Origin: Lama glama
Taxonomy: Eukaryota
NCBI GenBank assembly: GCA_028534125.1
Contig: CM052832.1
Span: 12,960,001-13,024,000, forward strand
DNA length: 64,000 nt
Direction of reading: 5' to 3'
Shown: positions 12,196-25,892 of the stretch, in pieces
Position numbering within the stretch: position 1 is the stretch's first letter
Layout: each line of letters opens with the position of its first letter
Program-made: the position numbers and the translations under genes
Notes under the pieces: model-generated
What the model was told of the DNA's origin: nothing
What the model saw: only the letters and a program-made list of their open reading frames with translations
Database searches by the model: none

Positions 12196-13784
12196 AAATG
12201 AATGGATGATGAGTAGGTGGGTAGAAGGGTGGATGAAGGGTGGGTGGATGGGTGTGCAGGCACCAAAATATTGAGTGATTCTAGGGGGAGATTGGATTGT
12301 GGGCTATTTTTTCTCTCTGGTTCTCTGTATCTTCTTCTCCTCTCTCTCTTTTTTTTAACAGTGAAAGAACGCTACTTGTATAAGAATAATTTTTAAAAGC
12401 TACCAGAAACTCAGACCTCGAAAAGCTCAAAGTCCAGTAGCAGATCAGCACGGGGAAGGTAAGCCAACTCTGAACACTGTGGGTTCCGAGCCAGTGTGAG
12501 CTCTGGAGAGGCCATGGCTCTGGATTCAGACCCGCTGTCTCAGCCAGTCCGCCCTGCCCAGCAGCGAAAAGCCTGCCTTTTCTCTCCGCCTCCTCAGAAC
12601 CCAAGGCTGTGCCCACCACTCCGAGGCATGCACTTGGCTCATCCTGCCTTGTGACATTGTTACTATTGTTACCCAACAATCCTATTTTACCTTGAGCAAG
12701 GATGACATGCACATTTGTGACTCATCCCACATTGTTCTGCCCTCTCCCAGCTCTGGACTTCCAGTGGCACTGTCTGTCCCTTGGTTGGCAAGGACCACAA
12801 ACTTGTTCTGCAGCGATTGTTCTCATGAGCTCGTCCCATCGCCCAGGGTAGACTCAGCTCCATGGAGGCTGAGGTTGCAATTTATATGATTTTTGCAACC
12901 TCTATTCCCCACAGCTTTGAGGAGTGTAGGATTTTATGATACGTCTATAGAAGATGAGGATCATATGGTTTCTTTTAACCTTGATGACTTCACCATAGTA
13001 AAATTATAAACTTTTGCAGGCAGAGACCTTTTTCATAGATGATTGTCTATGATGTGCCAGGCCCTGTGCTGAGTGTGGAAACAGAGAACTAAGTAAGGCA
13101 CAAATCCTCTTCTTTAGGAGTTCACAGATTAATAGCAAGAAACAGGTATATAGACAAATAAATAGAAAAAAATTGGTAGAAGAGCTTGGGTAGGCAAGTG
13201 TACAAGGTGGAGAAGAGAGTGACGGGTTAGGGGCAGAAAAGTCTTTTCCGTAGGAATAATATCACAGGCGTATTCTAAGACAGCTCTGTCCTCAGTACGT
13301 AATGTGTGTTCATTCACTTAATCCTTGCAACAGCACAAGCCAAGTGCTATTACCCCCATTTTACAGGTGAGGAAACTAAAGCCCTGAGAGAGTTAATGTC
13401 TTAACAGGGTTGCACACTGGTGAGCTGAAGGGTTGGGATGGGCACCCAGGCTTCTCTGCTCTAACATCAGTGAGTTTAACTGCTGTGTCGTACTGCCCTA
13501 AGAAGATTCTGGAAAAGCAAAAAAGGCTTGGAGGCCTTCTACACAGGCCAGGGCACGGAGGGGCTCATGCCCATCCTACCGTCCTGCTCAGCTAGGACAT
13601 GGGTGCACAGAACTGTATGGTACAGGGGTGACCACTCAGTGACAGGTGAGAACCCACTACCACAGCCTTGGACTTCAGTCATTCCCTTGGTTTCTTGATG
13701 GGTAATTGCAATAGTGAAGAGTAGTGACCTCAACAAAACTGTGAGGTTGGCAGAACGGGATTCTCCTCCCCAAGTGCAGGGAAG

Positions 13785-14005
13785 ACCACTGGCTTTGGAG
13801 TCACAGGGACTTGGGATCCGGTCCCAGCCCTGCTGCTGACTGACTGAGTGACCTTGGGCAAGTCACTCAGCATCTCTGAACCTCACTTTTCTTGACTATT
13901 AATTGAGGATAATAACCTCAGTGTTGACATAAGATTAAATGAGATAATGCACGTAGATCTGTTTAGAGCTACTGCCTGGCACGTAGCAAGCTGGCCAAAA
14001 ATGGC
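13785..14005 (+). mobile_element. MIR SINE
   Basis: ggctttggagtca...gtgaccttgggcaagtcactcagcatctctgaacctca...aagattaaatgagataatgca...tgcctggcacgtag. Confidence 0.8.
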
Positions 14006-14014
14006 ACCTGTTTA

Positions 14015-14330
14015 AGTCCCAATCCTTTATCTACAACTCCAAAACCTAAAAGCTCGGAAAAGGAAACACATCTGGCAACCAAACCTGTCCTGAATGAATG
14101 CAAAGCCATTTAAGTCTTTTCTTTGGTCTCGTCTAGTATGCTAATCCATGATCCGTACACTTCATTGCAGAAATATCAATGTGTTTGACTGTAGAATGTT
14201 GCCCACATCCAGCTAGAGGCATTACAAAATATATAGTATGAGTACCGCATTGCTTTCTAAAATTAAAAAAAACAAACCAACCCTGAATTACAAAGCATAT
14301 CTGACCCCAAAGGCAAAGGCATCAGAGAAT
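14015..14330 (-). mobile_element. MER46C-like Tigger DNA transposon
   Basis: Homologous to 21858-22225 and 28260-28578 (aaagctc.gaaaa, aaacctg.cctga, gcagaaatat.aatgtgtttga, catctgacccca). Confidence 0.7.
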
Positions 14331-17300
14331 GGGTTTAAAGTTGCATTATCTCCCCTCTAGACCACTCTGTCCACTTCTCTAATTCTTAATCCCAACTGCT
14401 CAAATGGCCCTTGGGCACCTAGAATAATCTTTCCCTCCAACAGAAATACAGAACCATCCACACACCCTTCGGGCCTCCCGCAGACTTGCCTCCTAGGGCT
14501 AAGATCCTTTGCTCCCATGTTTCCTCCCCTCTACTTTCTGCCAGTCCCGTAGAACTTCGGCGCTCTTTTCTGCTGTACCCTGGTTAAGAAGGTGGACTTC
14601 GGAAACGTGTCCTTCTCTGAACTGTTCTGCCAGTATGGTCTCAGCTAGTTGTTTCCTTCCCACAGGCAGCAGAGCTATTGCAAATGTCAATTTGTGCTTC
14701 ACATATGACCTGCCGACTGACTAAGTAATGTCTGAGGTAAAAGTGTGCTGCCGCTTTTCAACCGTGCTGAAGCTTTGGTGGTTTTTCCACTATGAATTTC
14801 CCCGGTTGACTACAGCCCAGAATAACAACTCCTCTCATTTGCAGGATTGCAACAATTTCCGAAGGGAAAAAGAAGTCCTCGTGTTGTAGCAGGTTGGAAG
14901 CCACTGAGCTGGGCTGTCCAGGCAGCGTGTCATTTCCCGTTTAGCCAAGTGGGAGTCATGAGACCTGAGGTCAGGTTCCAGCCCTCCCCTGCCTGCTTGG
15001 GTGATCCTGGGGGCAGCCCCGTGTGACTTGGGGAGCTTTGGTTTCCTCATCCTGGAGCAGAGATCATGGAAATTATTTGGCAGGATTGTCAAGAAGATTA
15101 AATTAGATAACGAAAGGGCTTTGAAAGCTGACGTGTTGCACAAACGTAAGGATCATTGTTGTCATCGTCTCACACATATTGTCAGCTTCTTAAGGCAGGG
15201 ACAGTGTCTTCTGTTTTTGTCTTCAGTTCCCGCAGTGCCGCACTCAACACAGGGCTGTGGAGATGACCTCGCAGAAGCACTACAAAGTGACTAGCACGAC
15301 GGCTCAGCCCCTAGACGTTGCTTCATACGCCGTAGCTATTTCCTGCGTGTGTGCTGCTGTACAGACAGGCGGCACCGTGCAGAGGTTCAGAGCATGGACT
15401 GGTTCGAATCCTCTCTCCGTCGTGAGCTAGGTGTGCGCACGTTAGCACTAACCTGCCCTGGTGCCCTCGTCTGTCACACGGCTGATGAGAATAGTAGCTA
15501 GTTAATGGGGCGGCTGTGAGAGCTGAAGGAGTTTAGTCTGTGCCACAGAGCCAGGCACAAATCAAGCCCTCGGTAGGCATCAGTTGTTGTGACTATTTTA
15601 CCGTTATGTCCTGAGCGATGCCTCTAGGGGCAGTCTGAGACGATCATGAGACTGAGAAGTAAGAAATCTAGCTCCTGGATTTTGTTCAGAGTCAGAAAGG
15701 CCTTCAAAGACAGTCAGGCCAGGCTCCTGGGGTCAGCACAGATGACGTCACCATGAACCCACTGAGCATCGTTCCCCCAGGTGTGGGCTGGATCCCTAGG
15801 CCAGACATCGTTGGGCAAAAAGTGTGTGAATTGAATGTTTGGACAAATATCACAACTGCCCAACATGCAGATGTTTCTGTTCGTGTTCCGTCTCGTCAGA
15901 ATATGAGAGCCTGTTTCCTCATACCCCAGTCCACCCACATTTTCGAGTGTGAATTGTATCAATTTTTGACTAGGTAGTATGTGCAGATGGCACAAAATTC
16001 AAAGAGGTTCAAAGGGGCACACGGTGCGAAGCCTCCTCACCCTTGTCCCGGCCACCTGAGTCCCCTCCCCAGAAACACAAACTTTGATCTCAGTCTACTG
16101 GTAAGTGTCTCACTAAGTAAATCTATCATTTTAATGTGAAAACAAACCAGAATGTATTTTGGAGTAGAATGCTGCATTTGAGTGAACTTTCAGATAAAAC
16201 AGGAGACTTCAAAGACATTTTATGCTCCAGGGTCGGGCAGGCTGGGGAGCTGCTCCTGGCTATGCCTCCTACCTGTTCTTGGGGGAAAAACTTGAGTTTA
16301 ACTCTGAGTCTCTGAAGTGCAAGCTTTAAGATGCCCCCTTCTCCTCTCCGTTATATTGGGTTTTCCTCATCGCCCCAGTCACCTGTTTTCAATCTAGCCC
16401 TTATGCCTCTTCCTGCCCTTGACTTTACCACCACCTTGCTGCCTGAACTTGAGCCAGTCCCCTCCACTCCGGGGCTTCAGTTTTCCTCACTTGTGAAAAG
16501 AAGGGTTGGACCAGGCCCATTCCAGGTGTGACATTCCAGGGCTGATCAACTAATTCACAATAAGGTGTAGATAACTGATAACAGCTTAATGTATTACCTC
16601 TCCTGTGAGTGGGAGCATTTTAAGAGATGCAATTTCTCATCCCCAAAGAATGAGAGTACCTGGTGCAATTTCAAGCATGGTCACAGGTGAGCAGGGATGC
16701 TGTAGGGGGAGGGGTGCCTTTTCCTGGCACTCCTCCAGGGGTCACCAGTGGTAAGGGGAGCTGCTCCAGCCGAGGGCAATGCCAGCCCTGAGGGGACGTG
16801 CCTGTTGGTTTCCCCCCAGAACTCACTCCACTCTTGTTTCTCTCTGGCACTGGCCAAGAACAGGGTTTTGTCATACATAAAAAAATGCTTCATCAGGGAA
16901 ACCCATGTGTGTGGCCTGGAAAACTACTCTGTCCCCTGGGGCAACGGGTGTGGTGGGGGCTGTTAGTAGCTTGACTTCCACGTTCGCAGGTCAGCTCCCA
17001 TCCTGGGTGAGTGAGGAGACCTCCGCCGTAGGGCCATCAGTTTTCTGCCAGAGCAGGTGGTCCCACCACACCTGGATTCAAGACATCTGCTTTTCACCCA
17101 GGGAGAAAGACTGCCAAACGCTGTCTGGTTTCATTTTCTGTAGGAGGTTTGGTTTGGCTTCTGAATTTGCAGGGAGGGCGTGAGAGGGGGGTGGCCCGTA
17201 GCCACCATAAGCCCATCAGAAATAAGAGAAGTGTTTCTCTGGCTGGTGAGGTCTGGGCCAGCTGGCCTTGTACATGCACAGTGCTGTCGCCCAGCGCGTC

Positions 17301-17569
17301 ATCCTTTCCAGCCCTCGCTGTGCTGCCACTTTGTCCCAACCGCCGTCTGGGTCTCCTGTCAGTGGAGGCAGCTGGGGGGTGGTGTCAGTCGTGCTCCAGC
17401 CAAAGGCACAATAGGTAGGAGTTGAAACCAGGGGCACTGGTCAGCTGTGCCCAGTCTGTTGGCTGTGCTGAGAGGCTCAGATCAGGCTGGGGATGGACTT
17501 ATGTCGTCGTCTGTCCGAATCTCCACCGTCACAGTCCCTCCACAGATGCTTCCCCATGGACACAGGGCT

Positions 17570-17740
17570 CTAGACCCTCCCTACTCAGCATATGGTCTGT
17601 GACTAGCAGCACTGGCCTCACCTGGTTGCTGGTTAGAAATGCAGCATTTCAGGACCCACCCTAGGCTACTGAATCAAAATCCGAATTTTGATAAGATACC
17701 AAGTTGACCTGTATGCACATTAATGTTTGGGAAGCATTGA
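17570..17740. mobile_element. MER5-type hAT-Charlie MITE
   Basis: tggtctgtgactagcagca...gttagaaatgcag...ctactgaatcaaaatc...tatgcacattaatgtttgggaagcattg. Confidence 0.75.
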
Positions 17741-18947
17741 TTTAGATGCTGCATGCCTTGAGGAGGTAGGAAGGAAGGAAGGAAACAGAAGCTCCCTGAG
17801 GAGGCCTCTTCCCAGGGGAAGACACTTCTATAGACCTGTTCAGTGGAGGAGGGTGGACACGGAGGAAAAGGCCAAGAAAGGCGCTCTAGGAAAATATGCT
17901 GAAAGAGGCAGTTGCCATTGACGATTTCGGTTTAGTTTCAACTTTATTTTTAATAGGCAATTCACTTACACAGTTAAAAATCTATGGTACAGAAGGGTAT
18001 GTCAGCTTCGTTCCCATGCCTATGTCCCAGCCACCTCCCCCCAAAGGCAACCTCTGTTCCTAGGCTAGAGATATGAAATATTATGCAATAAAAGCTGGGG
18101 TGTGTGTGTGTCCTTACTCACCAGATCCCTTTTAAAAATTCAAGTGGTAGCCCACCATACAGTGTCTAGATCTTGCTTTTACTTACTTAATACATCTTGG
18201 AGATCATTCTATATCAATATGTAAAGAACATCTTAGTCTATATTTCAGCTGAACGTTATTCTACTCTAAGGATGGACCTTAATTTATGTTGCCAGACCCC
18301 GCAATGGACTTTTCGAGCATTTTTTTTTAAATGTAGTTTTAGAATCTTGGAACCTGAAAGGTCATTTTGTTCTAAGCTCCCACCCAGCTTAGGAATTCTT
18401 CCACAGAATCCTACTGCCCTTCTGAGACCCCAGTCACGTCACCTCTGCTAGGAACTCCACCTCCTTCTCCCATCACTCTGGCAGTACCTTTGCCAAAATC
18501 CTAATCACATGGCATCATTAAGGGAAAGGCATGGTAACATTTGCCTTGGTGTCCTCTCGTCCCACGTCCCATCACAATGTCTAGTAGGTGCTCAGTGGAA
18601 GTGAATAGAATTGAATTGACCATCCCTGAGAGGGGACTTCTCTACATTCTGCTCCTTGAACACCTCTAATGACAGAGAGCTCACTTCCACAAAAGCCCAT
18701 TCTGCCTTTGAGAGGCTGTTATCAGAAGGTCATTGGATGAAGCACAGTCTGTCTCCAAGTGGCTTTTCCCTCTGACTCTAGTGCATCTCCTAAAACAACT
18801 TAGAAATTTAATCCCTCTTCCAGATCTTTCTCCAAATCAAATAACTTCAGTTCCCCATGGGTCCTGGTTCCAGATCCTTCTCCTTCCAGTGTTTTCTCCC
18901 ATACATTTTTTTGGTTTATAATATGACCCTTTAAAAAGTGATGTGTG

Positions 18948-19352
18948 ATCACTACATACTTATTAGAATGGCAAAATTTAAAAGATCCACTGTACTAGGT
19001 ACTGGTAAGGATGTGTAGCAATGGAAACTCTCCAACTGGTGAGAATGTAAAATGGTACAACTTTGAGAAAGAGTTGACAGTTTCTTAAAAAGTTGAACAG
19101 ATATCTTTCATATGACCTAGCCATTCAATCCCAAGACAAGTGAAATGGTTGGTTGCTAGGGTCTGGGGAGAGGAAAATAAAGAGCTATTGTTTTATGGCT
19201 ACAGTTTGAGTTGAGAAGATAAGAAAGTTCTGGAGATGGATGGTAATGATGGTTGCACAACAATGTGAATGTACTTAATGCCATAGAACTGTTCACCCGA
19301 AAGTGGTTAAAATGGGAAATTTTATGTATGTTTTACCACAATTAAAAAAAAA
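18948..19352 (+). mobile_element. Old L1 3' region fragments
   Basis: cactacatacttattagaatggcaaaa...ctggagatggatggtaatgatggttgcacaacaatgtgaatgtacttaatgcc...polyA. Confidence 0.82.
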
Positions 19353-20452
19353 AAGTGGAGCAGCAGGCTGTTCAGTGGTGGGGAAGGCCTGGCCCCTGGG
19401 CTGGACGCACAGCCGAGTCTGGATGAGCTGGAGAGCAAGTCGGCCTTGTCAGAGCCAGGAGGAGCCTGGAGAGCAGGTCGACATGCCCTAGTGAGCCATG
19501 AAGTCCAGACTGAGAAATTGGGCTTTGGAATCCTCACTGAGTCACTCCTTGGAGTCAAGCCTTTGTCTCCTGGTTAAAATGAACAAGTTCCTGGGGGCGG
19601 GGCAACCCAGAGACGCTATGGCTGGCACATGAAATTAATGCAGGTGGGTTTGCTGCTCAGCCACTAGTAACGAGTTGGGGCCAGATGGCACAGCACACTG
19701 GGTGGGTAAATCTTGAGGAGAAAAACCCCTCATTGTCTAGGATTCTTACAACTCTGGGCTTGCATTGCAGTTCCTCCATTCAGGGTCAATGTGCCCTTAA
19801 CTGTTTTGAGCCTCAGTTTCCACACCTGTGATCTCTGTAAACTGGGGATAATAGTAACCTTGTGTAACAGGGATAAAGGGAGAAAGGTCCACGCTAAGTG
19901 TTTGTCACTTTTGTCTTCTCCCATCTGCCAAGGAGGAAGGCTGGCCTGTTGGGGTGCTGTTTTGGGTGAGGTGAGACAGAATAAAGCCCACAGTGGGTCA
20001 ATTTATTTAAAGAATGAAGGAGGAGGGGAGAAGAAGAGGCCAAAAGAACCATTATTGGTTTGGGCTGTGGGAAGAGAGAGGCAGAGCCTCTGGGCTAAGG
20101 AGTAGGACTTGGGGAGATAAGAAGGCCCTCTGTTTTGTTGATACACTTTGCCCGTGGCTCTTCCTTGAGAGTTTTCAGGAAAGACCCACTGTGTTAATTT
20201 TCAAATTGGAATCCTGAGCTGCTTTTGAAGTCTGTCCTAGGACTTGAGGTGACCTAGTGTATCTGGGTTACTTTTGCAAAATGAGCATCTGTTGAGTCCC
20301 TGACACAATGCTGGGACTCAACACATGCTCCCAGTTATTCTGAAAGAAGACAGACTTGGAAGCTAGAGAGACGAGGGCTGGGTATATTCAAAGAGCAGAC
20401 CACCGGGCTGGGTTAAAGGAGTGTTGGAGTCCCAGCCCCTCCCTCTCTCTAG

Positions 20453-20645
20453 AGCTGTGCTGACCAATTCGGTAGCCGCCAGCCACATGCAGTACTTAAA
20501 TTTAAATTAAAAAAAATTAAAAATTCAGTTCCTAAGTTACAGTCAGCCACACGGAGTATTCAACAGCCACCTGCAGCTAGTGGCTACTACACTGGACAAA
20601 ACAGAGAGAATGTTCCCATCAGCGCAGACTCTGCCACTGGGTAGC
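20453..20645. mobile_element. MER3-like hAT-Charlie MITE
   Basis: gtgctgaccaattcggtagccgccagccacatg...aaattcagttcct...gctagtggctactacactggaca. Confidence 0.75.
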
Positions 20646-21529
20646 TCTCGTGCTCTAGAAGGCTGAGGAAACAGCCCAAGTAGGTCTCTTTGTTTGTTTA
20701 TACCCTGACTGGTTCCTAAAAGGATGTGAGGCAGCTGAAGACAGCCTGAGGCCATGAGTCCAGTGTCCTCTGGCTGGAGATGGGAAGGTTGGTGTGTGGG
20801 CTGAACTGGGTCACTCGTGAAGTAGGAGAGAGGAGGCCCCAGTGGGCTGAGCTCCGGGGCCCAGAGAGGAAGTGGGAGGGAAGGCGGAGGTGGGGATGTC
20901 GTGGGAGTGAGTGTCAAAGGACAAGGCTGTGAGCAGTCAAATGTTGAGCAATGAGAGCTACGGGAAGGGAGATCTCTGTTCCTCTTAGCAATATGTGCTT
21001 ATCTGACTTGTTTAATCAAGGAGTCCCCTGTGCCCTTCTGTTCTCGGATACAAATTCCAAATTCCAGCTAATCAGAAGCAATTAAAGGATATTGTTGGCT
21101 GGGTGCAAGTTTTGACTTGCAGCACCCTGGGTAGGATGCCAGCCTGGATCTGTGCTCACTGCCCTGCTACTGTGTTTCGAGCAGCAGTCTCAGAGGCGGC
21201 AGGGTGGGGAAATGTCCTTCTCGGTGGGTGATGTGAGTGGAAGGCTCTCGCCAAAGGGAGCCAGGCCCTGAGTTTTTTCCTGTAGTACTTTCAAAGCAAA
21301 GCTATCCTTTAGGGATGGATTCTTTTTGATGGCAAATCAGAGTTTTAAAAACATTCACTCAGTTTGACTTTTGTGTTAAACTCATTTCTTGGGATTAAGA
21401 CAAGCCAAACATATATTAAGATGATTTTAAGCTTTGTTGGAAAGTTCAAAGACACCACAGGGTGGGATGGGGTGCCAAGGCAAGCAGCTTCTTATTGCTT
21501 AATTTGAGATAATATATTCCCATATATTT

Positions 21530-21830
21530 TACTTTTACTTTTATTTTGAGGTATAACAGACTTACAGCAAAGTGTACGAATCTTTAAGGTACAGCTTGGT
21601 GAATTTCTACATATGTATGTACCTTTGTAACCACGCAGATCAGAATACAGAACATTTCCAGCACCCTAGAAGGTTCCCTCATTCTCCCTCCTGCTCAATT
21701 GCCCTCCCCAGAGGTAATTACTATTCTGATTTCTAGGGTGTCAGTTTAGCCTGTTCTTTGAACTTCATATAAATGGGGTCATACAGTACATGTGCTCCGT
21801 GGCTAACTCCTTTCACTTGTAAGTCCATGA
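21530..21830 (-). mobile_element. Old L1 3' end
   Basis: ttttgaggtataac...cagaacatttccagcaccctagaaggttccctc...gaacttcatataaatgg. Confidence 0.78.
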
Positions 21831-21857
21831 ACTTCTTTAGGAGAAATTTTATGAATA

Positions 21858-22225
21858 CAGATACACAACCCTTGGCCTAAAACCACTGGGGTTAGGTAGG
21901 TTTCAGAATTCAGGATTTTTCCTAGTTTAGAAAGGTGGCATGGTGAGGTCACTTACACTGTATATGTTATAAAATACCCCCAGCAGGGTCTGGGGCAGCA
22001 CCTGGTAAACATATAAACATTTCTGAGCAAAGTCTACGACTATTCACACACTAAGTAGTGTAAATAAAGGCTGTAAATAGCCCCACCTTAGTTGAGGTCC
22101 TTTTTGCAGTCAAATGAGTTCACATCAGGTCGGGCTTTGCAGTCAAATGCCTTATGATAAAAATGGTTTTGTCATTGTTTTCAGAGATTTAGGGGTTTTG
22201 AAACATAAGAAGGGATAGTGGACCT
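21858..22225 (+). mobile_element. MER46C-like Tigger DNA transposon
   Basis: ttcagaattcaggattttt...cccccagcagggtctggggcagcacc...gggatagtggacctg terminal sequence. Confidence 0.75.
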
Positions 22226-23779
22226 GTCAGTTCCCAACAAGCCATCAGCGCTGTGGGAGGCAAGCTTACTGGGTAGCATTGGCTCCAGAGCTGCTAGAAG
22301 TTTCCAGAAAGCAGCCCCCACCCCCACCCCACCCCCCATGGAAGTGTGAGCTGAGTTGGGTCCACCAGGAACAAACTTTCTTGGCCAGGGCTGTGGGAGG
22401 CTCCACACATGAGCTCCTGACACCAAAGGCACATTTTTGCTGTGCACATATGTATTGAGGCATTTTTATGGGATCCCTTAGATTTTCAAAAGAAATCTAC
22501 ACAAACAAGGCTAAGAGCCCAGTTAGAAGGTACCCTTGAGGATCAAAGCACTGCTTAGTTAGAGCCCGTCAGCTGTGGACCTGGGAATCTAAGGAACTGA
22601 ATCTCTGATGACACACTTTCAGTGACTATGAAGGGAGATGGGGCAAACATACAGAGAGAGGTTAAGATATGGAGAAGGAGCGGGCAGGAGGACAAGTCAG
22701 AGCTGGCATCAGGGTGAGCATGAGGGGAGCCAAGAAGACAATACACGCAGACCACCCCCTCTCCCCTTACCATGTGCATTGTGTGGGCGGAGCCCAGGAG
22801 AGTTTCTCCCTGGGCTGGGGTTACATCTTGAGTTTAGGAGACTGTGTGGCATGTACTTTGTGCCCAGCACAGAAGATGCAAAGATGAGTAAGAACTTTTC
22901 CCTGCCTATGGGGCCTGTGGGGCCATTTATAAGCAAACAAACAAACCAACCAACCTAATAATTACCTCCCTTCAAAAAACAAACAAAAAAAGAATTTTAA
23001 AAATTTCAAAAAAAAAGGGTCTTTCGCAAGGGCAACAGTCCTACCTTCTGGAATGTTTCTGTACAACAAAGGGAGACCTACAAAGATGGTCATCACAGAG
23101 TTATTTGTAATAGCAATAATTTGACAGCAACCATAAGGTCCACCCATTGAGGGATGCTGAAATAAACAATGGTGTCCACATGCAGCTGGCTTCTATGCAG
23201 CCATGACCAAGAATGTCGCAGGACAGCATTTCCTACATGATGCTCCCCAGATCCAAGCCCCAAGAGGCCCCCTCAAGGGATTTCATAGTGAAGTGTGGTT
23301 AGGAAATGCCAGCCTCCTCTTGATGATTCAGAACACACACTAGTAAATTAAAGACTCTGAGGAAAGAATCCCATTTATGTAGTGTGAGCCAATACATCCC
23401 AAACAGTTGGGGAAAGAAGGCCCCCTTATTAATAGCAAAATGGCCCTGCTGCTCTGCGAGACCAGTTTGGGAAACACTGGGTAAAGCAGACTCCTGTGGA
23501 AAGAGCTGAGTGAAAAACTCAGGTTCTGATAGTCTCTGCAGCAGGATTCAAACCCACAAATCAACCTATGTGGATATTTGTATTTGAAAGAAGTTCTAGC
23601 AGGACACATCCCAGAACTTTAACAGTGGCTGGGGTAGTGAGAGTATAGGTGATTTTTATTTCCATCTTTGTTTTCAACTTTTAGCTTATTTGGGTTTTCT
23701 GAACTGCCTTTCATTGCTGTGTAAACTTTTATAATTAGTTAAAAAAAGAAAGAAATTGTTAAGAAATCGGAAGGACAGC

Positions 23780-24420
23780 TAAAGGCGGATGTGCGGTGCG
23801 GCTGCACCTGGAGGAGCTGGGCCTGCAGCTCGCAGAGAGGCCAGAGCCTTATTTAGGCAGAGCCACCCCAAGCTCGCTTTCCAGCGGGAATCCTTCCCAG
23901 CGCATTCCTTCTCCAGCACTGCGGATCCAGCTGCAGCCGTCTCCTCCCTCCCAGGGCCTCCCTCTCCTTTGGTAGCCGCCGCCGCCGCCGGCCCAGGCCA
24001 GGTTGCACATCTGGACCTCGTTAGGGGCCGCCAGCACCAAAGCCGGCACATCTGGCCGCCGCGCGGCGGAGTGCAAGGCAGGGCAGCAGAGGGGAAGGGG
24101 CACATCAGGACAGGGCCGCCCGGCGTGCTCTGAGGCATCTGGACTTGGGAAGGTGGTGGGCAACTGGCCACAGACAGTGCACTGCGGGCCGGGCTGACCC
24201 TGGGCCCCCCCAGGGAGCCCAGCAGAGTAGCACCCTTATTGTTAGGAGAGCGGGGCCCCCTGAGGCCTCCCAGGCTGAGGGGGGCAGGCCCAGAGGAGAG
24301 GCAGGGGCTCTGCGCTCCATGCATGGTGCTCTTGCCCTCGGGAGGCCTAGGGCTGTGTCTTGGGGGCCTGCCAGGATGGGGAGTAGAGGGCAGCTTCAGG
24401 CCCCCTTGCAAAGCAGAAAT
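23780..24420. promoter_or_regulatory. CpG-island-like orphan element
   Basis: High GC, many CpGs, (GCC)5 near 23975, repeated GCACATCTGG. Confidence 0.6.
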
Positions 24421-24540
24421 GGACAGGAAAGGGGATTGCCTAGGCTCGTGGTGACCGAGCTTTGGGGCTGCAGATCAGGAGACAGGTCTTCTACATTAGG
24501 TGGAGAATACTCTTGTTTGAGATGAGAAAGGAGGGAGATG

Positions 24541-24580
24541 CAGTGAGAAGATGGGAGCAGCAGTGAGAAGATGGGAGCAG
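24541..24580. repeat. Perfect 20-bp tandem duplication
   Basis: cagtgagaagatgggagcag x2. Confidence 0.95.
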
Positions 24581-25139
24581 CGTCGCCACTACCTTTTCCT
24601 TACACCAGGACGTGCCCAGGTCCCCAGCTCTATCCCAGTGGGGCCATTATATGTCCCCTTTGGGGCCTGCTCCGCTAAGGCATTAGCAGCCTTGCGGGTT
24701 CTTTTCCTGAGAGAGCAGCAGATGCTCCTGATAGCCTTTCCAAAATAAGGCAGAGATAAAAGAAAACAGCCGGTCAATAAAATGTAAAGCCTATCAGGTC
24801 AGCTGTCTCCCCTCCCCTTTGTCCTGGGGCCTCAGACTTTTCCTGGCTCCAACCTGCACAGTCCTCTTATCCCAGGAACCCAGATTCCCCTGATTCTACT
24901 CTCCAGCTCCCAGCCTCCTCCCACCCACAGCCCCATGGGTCCACACGGCCATGCTAGTGACCCTGGAGGAATTCTCAGAAAGCTCTAGTGGGTGCCAGTC
25001 ATTAGAGCAGAAGTCCAGGAGTACAGCAGAAAGTTCAAGGGCTTCAAGCCCAACAGACAGGGTCCCAAATCCTCCTGCTTAATGCCTCTGAGCACTGGTT
25101 TTTTCATCCATGAAATGAGGATAACATCTCTTAGAGAAC

Positions 25140-25892
25140 TGCTTTCCGCTCTGTGATAGAACTATAATACTGTTATTTATTTCTCCAATGGAAATATCAT
25201 GTAATTACACATGTAATGGGAGGGGGTATTTTACACTTTTCATTTTGGGAACATTTTACATTTATAGAAAAGTTGCAGAGATTGTACAGAGAGTTCCAGT
25301 AAACTGTTCACCCAGCTTCCCCAAAAGTTAGCATCTTGCATAACTAAAGTACATTTGCCAAAACTAAGAAATTAGCAATGGCTCAATACTATCAACTTTA
25401 TTGAGATTTTGTCAGTCTTTCCAAAACATGTGTAATTTAAATTTTTCTACTAGCTACATTTAAAGAGTAAAAAACTGGTTAAATTAATTTTAATAATGTA
25501 TTTTGTTTAACCCAATATATCCAAAATATTGTAATATAAGCATTAATCAATATAAAAGACATTATGAATGAGATATTTGACATTTAAAAAATACTAAATC
25601 TTTTAAATTAGTGTGGATTTTACACTCACAGCACATCTCAATTTAGACACTAAATTTTTATGTCTCATATGTAGTTAAGACTTCTACAAAACTTACAGTT
25701 GAAGCAGTGGATTCACATGCCCAAGTTGTTCCAAACCTACTTAAAAGTTTTCTGATAGCTGAATTGAGTATAAATTTCAAAATTAAAAATAAAATTTTAA
25801 ATTTTAAAATAAAAAATGTAGTTCCTCAGTTGCACTAGCCACTTTTCAAGTGCTCAGTGGCTGTGTATGGCCAGTGGCTCCAATGCTGGACA
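25140..25892. mobile_element. MER33/Charlie-like element with nested L1 fragment (~25235-25425)
   Basis: taatttaaatttttctactagctacattt...aacccaatatatccaaaatatt...gcactagccacttttcaagtgctca; nested tttacatttatagaaaagttgca L1 segment. Confidence 0.7.

Noticed and set aside
23779..24411. 210-aa minus-strand ORF and overlapping ORFs
   Set aside because: Pro/Gly/Ala-rich, open in several frames because of high GC, no recognisable domain.
23847..24750. CArG boxes (ccttatttagg, ccaaaataagg)
   Set aside because: Seven A/T bases between CC and GG rather than six.
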